From Lama guanicoe (Eukaryota): a stretch of DNA of 64,000 nt. Position 1 is the stretch's first letter. Each line of letters begins with the position of its first letter. Of the stretch, positions 53,259 through 64,000 are shown one piece after another. The position numbers were made by a program, and so were the translations under genes. The notes under the pieces were generated by a model. The model made no database searches. It was given only the letters and a program-made list of their open reading frames with translations, and had not been told where the DNA came from. Where the stretch lies: positions 5,219,842-5,283,841 of the forward strand of contig MU053557.1 of the NCBI GenBank assembly GCA_013239625.1, in the 5' to 3' direction.

Positions 53259-53391
53259 GGGCAGAGGGTGTATCTCAGTGGTAGAGTGCATGCCTAGCAT
53301 GCACAAGGCCCTGGGTTCACTCCCTAATACCTCCCATTAAAAAAAAAATACATACATAAATCTAATTACCCACTCCTGCCCCCGAAAAAAA
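53259..53391 (+). mobile_element. tRNA-derived SINE (vic-1-like)
   Basis: gtgtatctcagtggtagagtgcatgcctagcatgcacaaggccctgggttcactccc + A-rich tail with ctaattaccc. Confidence 0.82.
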
Positions 53392-53449
53392 TAGGTATGG
53401 AAACAACATTAATGCTTAAATGATGGTCTCCCTAAACAGTGGAATACAA

Positions 53450-53948
53450 TGCAGTTGCCATGGCCAAAGGTGGCCACAGTGACATTTCCCACCCCACATG
53501 CCCTTTTTACATTGTGACTTTGACACTTCTCCCATGGAGACTTGGAAGTATGTGACTTTTGAGGCTAGATCTTAATAGGCTATACAGCATCCTCCTTTGC
53601 TTGCTAGAACTCTTAAAGCCTTCAGAGGTCATTTAAGCACAGACTGCCCTGAAACTGCCGTGGTGTGGGAAGCTCAAACTAGCCTACACAGAGACCCCAA
53701 AATAGGCCCTAAGACTACATGAAGAGAGATGTCCAGATGGCCTTCAGCTGCTTCAGTCCCATCCCCTGTCCCTACTCTTGCCACTATCTGACATAGCTCT
53801 ATGGGGGACCCCAAGCTGGAACCACCCAGTCAAGCTCTTATCAAATTTCTGACCCACAGAAACCCTGAGAAATAACAAAAGTGATTATTGTTGTTTTAAG
53901 CCATTAAGTTTTAGAGTAATTTGTTACTCAGCAACATATAGGCAGAAA
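53450..53948 (+). mobile_element. MLT1 (MaLR) LTR
   Basis: Ends ctgacccacagaaaccctgaga...tgttgttttaagccattaagttttagagtaatttgttactcagca. Confidence 0.8.
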
Positions 53949-56499
53949 GCTGCTTTTTATGCACTGATATGGAACAATCTTCAAGGTTTAATATTATTAA
54001 TTTTTAAGAGTATAGAATAGTATAGAATAGCATGCCCCTTGTGTTGAAAAAATATATATATGTCTGCCTACCTATCTATCTGTCTATCTGAGAGATTGAT
54101 TGGTTGATTGATTGAGGGAGGGAGTCTTGTATATGCATAGATCTCTGATTTGTTAACTGTAGATGTGCATTAGAATCTTCTGGAGGAATTTTAAAAAATA
54201 TCAATGTCTACGCCCACTGTATACCAACTCAATCATAACACCTGGGGGTGAGACCCAAACATTTTTACCTTCCAAAAATTCCCCCAGGGAATTCTGATGT
54301 GCAGATTTGAGAACTGCTGGTATAGCTTAACCTGGAAGACAACACAGGAAAGTGGTGCTGTGTCTGCCTCTAGAAAAGGATGCTGAGGTAAGAATGGATA
54401 GTGTGGGAAGAGAATCTATTTTTCATTGTAAAGTCTTTGATATTTCGAATTTGTTTATTTGTACATGTTATTTATTTCCAAGAACAATCGAGTTAAATTT
54501 TTAAAAAGAAAGTAAAAAAGCTTTGGTAGTGAAAATAAATCCCAAATAACAAATCGGGAAGAGTCCATTCAATAGTGGGGTCTGAGAGGAAGTGACCTGT
54601 CCTTCCTGGGAAGAGTGCGTAGACAGGAAGGGCTGAGGAAGTGAATCCGGAAGTGGTCTCTAACCTGAGATGATTTTTTGCTGGCCCATAACATCCCCAG
54701 TTAACACATCATTACTCTTTGGAAAGCAATTTGGGACAGAGTAATGGCTATAATATGTAACCATCCAGCTGGCAACCACCTGTGTTAACTCTGAGATCAA
54801 CAAGAGAGAAAATGCCCAGGCTTAGATGGGAGGGGTGAAGAGACCTGGGTTCTGGCTGGCTGGGCTGCTGACATGCTGTTATTGAAGAAAAGCAGATTAT
54901 TATTTAGCCAGCTCTCTAGTAGCAGGGGTTGGGTTATCTGTTTCACATCTTAGATTCCTGCTGCAGAGAACTAGGGCATGATGAAGGTAAGGTAGGAGTG
55001 GCGGATCAAAGTATAGCTCTGTGGGGGGATTTATATGTGGGAAGGTAGGGGGACCACAACATTAAATAGCAGCCCAGGATGCTGAACTGGGAGGGAGAGA
55101 GGCACCACTGGCTAACCTAAAGGGGTTTTGGCATCTGACAGCTCCCTGGAAGAAAATCCACTTCTGTCCCACCTCAAAATCCACTACTTGTTAAGTAACA
55201 ATATTCCAAGCCGCAGTTTCCTCATCTATAACATAGACTAGAACATATGGAATAAGAGAGAGAAAATGATAGCCATTATTAAATCAAACTACTCTTTAGT
55301 GGTGTCTATTACACGCAAGGATGGGGGTGGATTCCTACATTTGACTAACACGGGGATATAGTGGTTAAGAGTGAGCTTTTCAGGCAGATGTAACTGGGTT
55401 ATGTTATTGTCACTTATTAACCTGTGCGACCTTGAACAAGCCACCTAACATCTGAGTCTCATTTCCTCACCTATAAAGGGAGAATCATAATACAGTACCT
55501 CCTCAAAAGCTGCTTTGAGGCTTAAATAAGATAATAAATGTGAAATTTTGTGCATCCAGAAATAAATATCCAGAAATTGTCAAATGTTGTCATTCTGCTT
55601 GTTTTGCAGTTTATAGGGAGTTGACAAAATACTTTAACATTTATTATTTTACTTGACTGTCTCCAGGACCCCGGGTATGGGGTCATTAATTACCTTCCAA
55701 ATATGGGACCATCAACTGAAATCAAGTGATTTGCCTCCAGTGGTAAGGGACAGCATTAGGAGTAGAACTCAGGTGTTCTGATCTTGATACAGCTTGTGAC
55801 TTTTGGAAGTTCTGAATCTGATGGGTGATAGAAATTTGAGGATCATCTCAGGATAAAAAAGGGAGTTCCTTAAACAACTGTGAGGAGGTTCATTGGAAAG
55901 GAAAGGCAATTAACCGTTTTGCTTCTTTCACAAGTCCTCTTCCATTCCCAGCTACTGATCAGCATCTGTGCCCCTCTTCCGCCCCCGCCACCCGCGCACG
56001 CAATTCAAGAGGAAAGACGAACAAATTAATAAACATATGCTCAACATCAAAATAATGTCCCAGTTCCGGGCAGATAATTAAATCAAGACGACATGGTAGG
56101 AGGTGACTGGCAGGAAAGGTGCTAAGGAAACCGTGTGTGGGCGGATAGGGTGAGACCCGAGGAGACGAGTAGAAACCAGGTTTAGACACCAGTGTTTAGG
56201 TCCTGAAAGAACAAGCTTGGCTAGCAAAGGAAACCAGGATGGGTGGAGAAGACTGAGGGAAGGAGAGATACCAAGTGAGGAGGAAGGGGCCAGGACATAG
56301 GGAGAGGTTTGGTATCTGTAAGTGTCAAGGAAAGCCACTGAGGGTTTTAAACGAGGATTGTAATTAAATTTCATATTTATTTTTATATTTTCATTTACAT
56401 CTTAAAAAGAGCCTCTGCCTATTGGGACCTTCTGTGGAGAGTAAGTTTCTAGCTGACCACTCATTTCCATTCAGGGCCTCCATTTCTCTATCTACAAAG

Positions 56500-57530
56500 G
56501 AGGGACTGGGAGGTAACGGGGTCCCAAGGAGTCAGAGATAACGATGGTGCCCCTCGCAACCGCAGAGCACTTTACATATCTCGGTAAAGCATTTCCACGT
56601 CCCCGATACTGTTTTCTCATTATATCTTCGGGGCCAAAGCGAAGAACCCATGAACTGCCCCCTAAGATGATTCATCGCGGCCGGAGCGAAGAAGCAATCC
56701 CCCTAAGAATCAGAGACGCGTGACCACTTCTTCATAAGGCAGCCAATCGCGAGGAGGAAAGCGGCCAAGGGGCGGCACCCCACGCCAGCCCGGCCCTCGT
56801 CATTGGCTGGCGGCGGCGTCGCTCTGCCGTGGTGCCACGTGACAGTCGCGGCCCGCGAGTTCGCACTTGAGTCGCCTTCCGCACCTCTTGGCGGTTGCCG
56901 GCTCGCCGCTCCCCTCAGTCCCGCCCGGCCGCGCTCCGCCTCCTCCAGGGGCCGAGTAATGGGCGGGCAAGGGGACGGGCCGGTTAAAGGGAGGCCGACC
57001 CGGGAGTGGGTACCTCTGCCCGCGCCGCCTTATCCCCTCGGTCCGGCCACGGCGGAGGACGCGCTTCGGTACCTCGTGGCACGGGACGGCCCAGACCCGA
57101 GAGGTGAGGAGAGGGGACGGGACTCGAGACGCGGGAAGAGAGCGGGCGGGCCCCCGCGCGGTCAGCGGGTCCCTCTTGGGGTCGTCCTGGCTTGTGTCCC
57201 AGGCGTGTTGATAGGAAGCCCGCACCAACGGCCGCCACAGGGGTCGTGGCCGGGCCCTGAGAGGTGGGCGTGCGTCGGGTTTATTGTGTGGTCTGCAGGG
57301 GCGGAGGCAGGGCGGGGTCAAAGCCGCACTCCCGCACCCTGGGGATCCAGACCCCACTCCTGGCGCTGAGAGCGGCTGACCGCCACCTTACGCGTCACGC
57401 CGCGGGCCTCCGCATCTCGCAGATAACGGTGCTTCTCTTCCGTCTGAGTCCTTGTCGCTCCGTAGTCGCGCCTCGTCAACTCTGTGATATCTGGGAGCAG
57501 GACCTAGGAGATCAGAGCCGCCACCACCAC
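56500..57530. promoter_or_regulatory. CpG-island promoter (probably SLC26A2)
   Basis: Abrupt GC/CpG-rich stretch; CCAAT 56743-56747, inverted CCAAT 56802-56806, GGGGCGG boxes, E-box GCCACGTGAC 56834-56843. Confidence 0.9.
56870..57103 (+). other. SLC26A2: Putative non-coding exon 1 of the sulfate transporter gene SLC26A2 (5' boundary approximate)
   Basis: Strong donor GAG|gtgagg at 57103/57104 inside the CpG island. In mammals SLC26A2 lies head-to-head upstream of PDE6A and has a non-coding first exon and a long first intron. No coding exon is in the window, so identity is by synteny only. Confidence 0.7.
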
Positions 57531-59685
57531 CTTAGACAGTTTGGGAAGCTGAGGTTTGTGCAGGCGAGAGGACTTGATTACCTTGGTTTTAAGAACCACA
57601 CACCTGTTTAATCAGGACCTGTGCTTCGAGGCTCATAGACTAAGTTGAAATTCTTTAGCTGGATAGGTGGGGACACTGAAAGGAGACAGAGAGGACCAGA
57701 GCCTTGCCAGAAATTACACAGCAAGTCATTTGCAAATTTAGGACTCAGCTCTTCCAGATTCATAGAGTATCAGACAGGGCTCCTTCGTTGCTCACATTGG
57801 GGACCACAGTGAGTTAGAAGCATTCAGGACTTAAAAAACTCCTTTCTGGCACCCATTCTAATACCTTTTTCCCTCCTTGTCCCTACGGCTCTTTATGTGA
57901 AATATGGAACTAATGTGATATCCAGTATTGGGTTAAGCCGAAGTTCCTGTCTTGGAAAGTTGAGTCAGTAAGAAATGGAGAGCCAAACGTGCTGGAAAAA
58001 AATAAGCCTATTTTTTTTCCTTCAGTAATCTCAAGGGACAGAGACTAGTAGCTGTGATTTATTGAGCAAGTGCTATGTGCTAGGTACTGTGGTAGGTACT
58101 TTGCATGCATAAGTTTTAATACAACACTGCAAGTTAGGGAATGTTATCCCCATTTTACAGGTGAGAAATTAATGCTGAGTAAAATGAAATTTTTCACCCA
58201 GTGCCATGCAGCTGTTGAACAGTGTAGCTGGGATCTGAATGGAGATCTTTCTGACTCCAGATGTACCTAGTAATTCTCCAAATATGTCCTTCAGCCCACT
58301 GGCTTGGAATCATCCAAGGTGCAGTCTTACATCTCATTCCTGGATTTGCCTGAGAATCTGCATTTTAACAGATCTCCATGTTAGATATCATTGTACTGTA
58401 ATTTGCTGCCTCCTGGGGGAAGATCCGGAGATGACCTCTTCAGGGCTTTGGCAAGATCTAGATTAGATTCATCAGGGGTCATTGCTGTCCCTTTTAATGA
58501 GCATACCCACTCCCTGCCAGGCAGATGCTTTCCAAAGTCTAATTTCTTGACACAAACTTGGCTACCATAAAGCAGGGTGAGGGGGAGGAGTAACTGTTTT
58601 CTTTACCACATAACTTTTAAACTATTATTCATCCATTCCCTCAATAAAATATTTGTTAAGCACTTACTAGGTGCTATACCTGGTTCAAGGCTCTGGGGAT
58701 ACAGCTGTCAACCAAACAGCAAGTCACTGCTCTTGTGGGAAGTTCAGACAATTAACACAAGAAAGAGAAGTCTAGTCTGAGATGGTGAGAAGGGCCATGG
58801 AGGAAAAAAAAAGCAAAGTAAAGGGCATAGGAGTTCAAGACAGGAAAGGGCCCATGAGGGAAGCATGGCTGTGGCAGTAGTGCTATTTTATGTGTTTTTT
58901 CTAGGAAGAAACTGAGTAGGGCAGCATTTGAGCAAAAATTTAAAAGAAGTGAGAGAGAGAGAGAGCTATGAACATAGCTGGGGAGTAGCTTTTCCAGTAG
59001 GAAAAAGTAAATGGAGGCCAGAGACTGCTTGGCTTGTTTGACTTTTGTCTGGGGCACTAATTATTCTAACCAAAATGTAGCTACAGAGGGAAATTCGACA
59101 TCATTGCTCTTAATAGAAAACGAAAATGTTACCAATGCATATGTAATATGAAAGACAAAAGTAATTTCATTCTTAATCCTTTTATCAAACCTACTTCAAG
59201 TAGTTTGTTACCTTTACTTATTAAAATTAATAATAGACTCAGAAATGAGTTGAGTGCTTGGTCACAAAATTATTGCTTTGAACTAGCTCCTTAGACCTCC
59301 TAGCAAGGAAACAAAGTTGGGGGCCATGTGGTATTTTAGAAAGAGAATTAAACTTGAAAATCGGAAGATGAGGATTGAGAATCTGGTCCTACCAGTTGAG
59401 CAAGTGATTAAACTGATTTTTCTCATACTGGTAAATAGGAATTCATATTCTGTTCACAGATTTATTCAGGAGGCAAGTGAGAGATGTAGAGGAAATCTTT
59501 TTGAACACAGTGAATTACTGTGCAAGGAACTATTTTACAATGCTTTACATTAAGCTATTTTCTTAGTATTTTATTATTTTGTCTTATATTGGGCTTTATA
59601 TAAGAAACAATATGTCTTAGTGCTTGTGCTATGGATATAAGCTTTATAGTGGTTCTTTTTGCTTCACAGATAGAAAATGGGGTGC

Positions 59686-59802
59686 GGGGAGGTAGGGTAT
59701 AGCTCAGTGGTAAAATGAATGCTTAGTATGCGCGAGATCCTGGGTTCAGTCACCAGTACCTCCATTAAAAACAAACAAACCAAATTTACCCCCCTAGAAA
59801 AA
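59686..59802 (+). mobile_element. tRNA-derived SINE (vic-1-like)
   Basis: gggtatagctcagtggtaaaatgaatgcttagtatgcgcgagatcctgggttcagtcaccagtacctcc + A-rich tail with ccaaatttaccccc. Confidence 0.82.
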
Positions 59803-61094
59803 CTCCTCCAAAACAGACATAAATGGATATTGTTAATCATTTGTGATAACTGGAAAACAAGGAACTTTTTTGGTCTTCATTATATTTACTTGAAACTTCA
59901 CCTGTTTGTTCATTTCAATAAACATAGGTATATAACCGTACATAGCAAGTGGGAGGCACTGTGTTAGGTGTCGGGTTATGTAGAAATGAGGATGACTTGG
60001 TGTCAGCCCTGAAATGATACTCTTGTTTGAGAGACATGTAAACTTAAAATAGTTATATGTCATATGTTGGGGAAGCATAGCCTAGAAGAATTTCAGCCCC
60101 TTTCTCCTATGGCATTTGAGGTGAGCCTTAAAGGATTAGAAAAAGACCAAGATAAATGGAGACAGAAGGGAAGACATTCCATACTAAAAGAATGACATGA
60201 GCAAAGGCTTTGAAGAGCAAACAATTCTCAATGTTTTTATGGACTCGTGATTGGAACAGTGGTGCATGGAATGAAAAAAAGAAAGGCAGTTTCAGTCTCA
60301 TTTGTTCTTAGAAGAAGACTATTCTAAAGGTATTCGACTATATTCAGTAGGAGGTGGGGAGCCAGTGCAGATTTTTGAAGACTGTATCCAAATAATTTGT
60401 TCTCATGTTAATGAATGCTCCTTTTGAAGAAGAGGCAGCAAGGGACAGTGGTTAAAAATGTTGGTTCAGTTAAGTTGTTTAAGGTTGAAGTGTGCCTGCA
60501 ACTTCAAATAGTTCAGGGGAAAAAACCCCAAGCAAACCAACCTGTGTGTATGGAGAGTGCAGATGTAGCAGAATATTCACAGCTGTGACTATACTGGTGT
60601 TCCATGTATCATTCTTTGAACTTTTCTGAAGATTTGAAAAGTTTCAAACTAAGCAGTCCAGAGACAGAAGGTAGGTTTGAATCAGACAGTCTTAGATTCT
60701 TGTCATGGTTCCACTGCTTACAAGCCATGTGAGTACTGGAAAATCATTTCCAAACTACACAGTCCCCACCTATTCTAGCCTAGTTTAACAGAGATTTTTT
60801 CCTTTAAGAGAAGAGAGACTTTTTTGGTAGGTGACTTGTTCACATTAATATCAGGTAAATGTTAAGACTTCAGAAGTTTTCCATAAACCTTAGATATAGG
60901 TTATTTTATTTAGTATTTTCTGTGATTCCATTTTATCTCCTTTGTTTATTATCCACAACTATTTGTTAGGGTTTATAGTATACATCTTTAAGTGTCGCAG
61001 TTTACCTTCAAGTGACATTATACTATTTCATATGTAGTGTAAGAACCTTGGAATATTATACTTTGCTTCCTCCCCTCCTGGTTTTGTGTACATT

Positions 61095-61700
61095 AGAATT
61101 ATATATAATAGAACATTGGCCATTTTAAGTGTACGATTCAGTAGCATTAAGTACATTCACAATGTTGTGTAACCATTACTACTATCTATTTCCAGAACTT
61201 GAAACAGAAACTGTAAACAGTAAGCAGTAATTCTGCATTCCTCAAGTCCCTGGTAACCTCAGTCTACTTTGTGTCTCTATGAGTTTGCCTATTCTACATG
61301 TTTAATGTAAGTGGAATCATGTAATATTTCTTGTTTTGTGTCTGGCTTCTTTCACTCAGCATAATGGTTTCAGAGTTCATCCATGTTGTAGATGAAAAAT
61401 ACCGGAATGTCATTTCTTTTAAGTGGCTAAGTAGTATTTCATTTGTGGGCTTAGGCTGTATTTTTTTTTCCTATTCATCTGTTGATGGATACTTAGGTTG
61501 TTTTCACCTTTTGACTATTGTGAATAATACTGTTATGAACATGATGTACAAGTATTTGCTTGATCCCTGTTCTCAATTTGGGTATATACTTAGGAGTGGA
61601 ATTGCTGGGTCGTATAGTAATTCTGTTTAACTATTTGAGGAACTATCAAACTGTTTTCCACACTGTTTGTACCATTTTACATTCCCAATGCAATATATCT
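61095..61700 (-). mobile_element. L1MB-like 3' fragment
   Basis: ttaagtgtacgattcagtagcattaagtacattcacaatgttgtg...taggagtggaattgctggg...ccattttacattccca. Confidence 0.8.
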
Positions 61701-62599
61701 TTCAAAGAGACAAAAATTAAAATTTAAAAGTGAGCGTGAATTCTTTTTTGAAATTTTTTTTGTTGAAATTACTTTTAAAAGTGAAAACCAATCTATCCAT
61801 CAACGGAAGACTTACTAAGTGCCTCCTGGTGCCCAGTTCTATGTTGAGAGGGTACACAAAAAGTATAAAACAACTCCTTAGATAATTTTTAACCTAGTTG
61901 GGAAGATAAAGCATATATTCAACAAACACTTATTGAACATCTAAACAATGGAATTCAGAGAAAAATGAGATACTACTTATGTGCTGATGACCTGTATACT
62001 CCTCCCCTCCCTGTTTATTTTTTTCAATTTTGGCTTCTCTCCTGTGCTTGACACTGCCATTTCTAATTGCTTACTGAACATCCTTATTTGGACATCTAAA
62101 AATCTCAAACCTATGAAATCTTAAGTCGAACTTTTTGTTGCCTCCTATTTTTCCATTTCCTCCTCCATAATCCCATACACTATCCTTCTGTGTGGTCCAC
62201 TTCAGAATTCATCTTAGATTTATCCATCTCCTTTAAGAGCCATCAAGAGCTGCACCAGTGAAATGTCAAACCTGCATTCCTGCGTCGTCGTGGAGTTTAT
62301 GCCTTTGTCAGCCATAGCTTACAGGATGGAGTCCAGCTTCTTGGGATTACATAAGAAACTGATACTTCACTCCAGTCTTACCTCCTGCAGGTTCAGCCCC
62401 GGAGTCTGGCATTCTAGTTGACTTTTTCCTGAGTGCTTTAATCGTATCATTCCAATTTTTCAGTCTTTCCCTCCAACCCCATAACTATTGCTGTTTGTGT
62501 CTTCTTCTCCCTCATCCATTTTCCAAGTTCTCCCTCATTCTTTCATCTCTGACCTAGACTTCAGAGCCGAGGTGAGATATGTTCTTCCCTTGAAGCTTT

Positions 62600-63370
62600 T
62601 CAAAACTATTCCTTCAAATAATACTGTACTACTTCATATCTAGTATAAGACCTTACAGTTCCTAATTGCCCCCCTATTCTCTGGTCTGTTGGTTTTATAC
62701 ATTTTATTTTGTGTAACAAAATGCATTCTTGTTTTCCCTTTAGACAGTTATCTTTTAGAGCAATCGAAAATTTTTTAAATTAAAAAATGGATTTTATTTT
62801 ATTTCCGTTTCTTTCATTTTATTTTTTTATTGTTGTGTATCATGTAGACCTCAGTTTTTGTCTAGTATATGTATATACAGTTATGCTAGTCTGCTGGCAG
62901 TAAGTCCTCTTAGTGTTTATTTGTCTGAGAAAGTTTTTATTTCTCCTTCATCTTTTAAAAGATATTTTCTCTGGGTATAGAATTCTGGGTTCACAGTTAT
63001 ATTTCTGTGGTAAAGGTATCAGTCCATCTTCTGGCTTGTATGCTTTTCAGTAAGAAGTTGGCTATAATTCTTACCTTTGTTCCTGTGTATGTAATGTGTG
63101 TTTTTTCCTTTGGCTGTCTTCAGGATTTATCTTTATCTTCTGTTTTCAGCATTTTGAATATGATATGTGTAGGTGTGGGTGTTGTGTTGTTTTGTTTTGT
63201 ATTTGTCCTTCTTGGTATCCTCTGAGATTCTTGGATCTATAGTTTGGTGTCTGTCATTAATGTTGGAAAATTCTTGACCATTATGTCTTCAAATATTTCT
63301 TCTACCCATTGTCTCCTCTTTTTGGGATTCTAATTATGCATCAGCTAGGTTATTTAATGCATCCCACAGC
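62600..63370 (-). mobile_element. Old L1M fragment
   Basis: ttgtctgagaaagtttttatttctccttca...gggtatagaattctgggtt...ttggaaaattcttgaccattatgtcttcaaatattt. Confidence 0.7.
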
Positions 63371-64000
63371 GCTTGATGTTCTCTTTTTCCTTCCCAGTTA
63401 GTCACCAAATAGGGCAACGTCTGAATTGTGTTAGTTTTTTCTTATGCCTCTTTTGGATATCTTAGGTTTGGGAAAGTCTTTTGACCCAGAAATTAGTAAG
63501 AACTATTCCAAAATAGAAGGTCATAAGGAATGCACTCAAACTAGTTTGGCCTGCAAGTAGGAAGTGAGAAGAGAGTTATAGACCAGTTGCATTGAGGAGT
63601 GAAGAGCTGCTGTGTGTATCCTCCAATCTGACGGACTTGCTCAGGGTAAGTGGTTATCTAAATCTATTCTTTTCTTCCTTAACTGCTTCACAAGACCATC
63701 AGACTAACTATTATTTTACTCTTATTCAGCGGGATAACCAACTATAGCCCCTTCATCCTAAACAAAATTAATGTGGATTACTTTTACAAATATTTTGTTC
63801 TTAAATGGGTCATGGGTCCTGGATTATGGCATCTTGATAGTATTAGGCTTATAGAACTTCACGAGGGCCTTTTTTTTCCCCTGTCAATTCCGAAACAGGA
63901 GACTTCCTGAGTCCTTTATCCAATATATTTTATCTCTTACTGGCTACAGTCATAAATTTGTTTATTCATTTATTCTTTCCTTTGTTCAAATATTTTATAA

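Noticed and set aside
56800..57611. Long overlapping ORFs (185, 188, 115 aa) on both strands
   Set aside because: Stop-poor GC-rich CpG island; low-complexity Arg/Pro/Gly peptides with non-ATG starts; the + frame runs through the splice donor
36200..59802. tRNA-like sequences with A and B boxes (five copies)
   Set aside because: Degenerate stems, A-rich tails, a TSD and mutual divergence indicate SINEs, not tRNA genes

Overview
Mammalian genomic DNA, probably a camelid: five short tRNA-derived SINEs resemble the camelid vic-1 type. The minus strand carries exons 1-17 of PDE6A (rod cGMP phosphodiesterase alpha subunit). I traced all 17 exons by hand between GT/AG sites. They give 2135 coding nt (711 codons + 2 nt) in an intact frame from the ATG at 45413 down to 6078; the remaining exons lie left of the window. 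The PDE6A promoter has CRX/OTX-type motifs. About 11 kb further right, a CpG island with CCAAT, GC and E boxes and a splice donor at 57103/57104 is most likely the non-coding exon 1 of SLC26A2. That call rests on mammalian synteny, since no SLC26A2 coding exon is in the window. The rest is intronic or intergenic and dense in L1, L2, MIR, LTR and DNA-transposon relics. I found no convincing novel multi-gene system. The best second-look items are: a polyadenylated, TSD-flanked LTR-type retrocopy in intron 6; a ~160-bp near-perfect tandem duplication with an internal hairpin (possibly an assembly artefact); a dense ETS/STAT motif cluster upstream of the CpG island; a CRX-motif cluster in intron 1; a G-quadruplex-like tract behind the weak exon 13 donor; a candidate uORF in the putative SLC26A2 exon 1; and a speculative antisense micro-exon/smORF. 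Repeat family names come from recalled consensus sequences, not database searches, and their boundaries are approximate.
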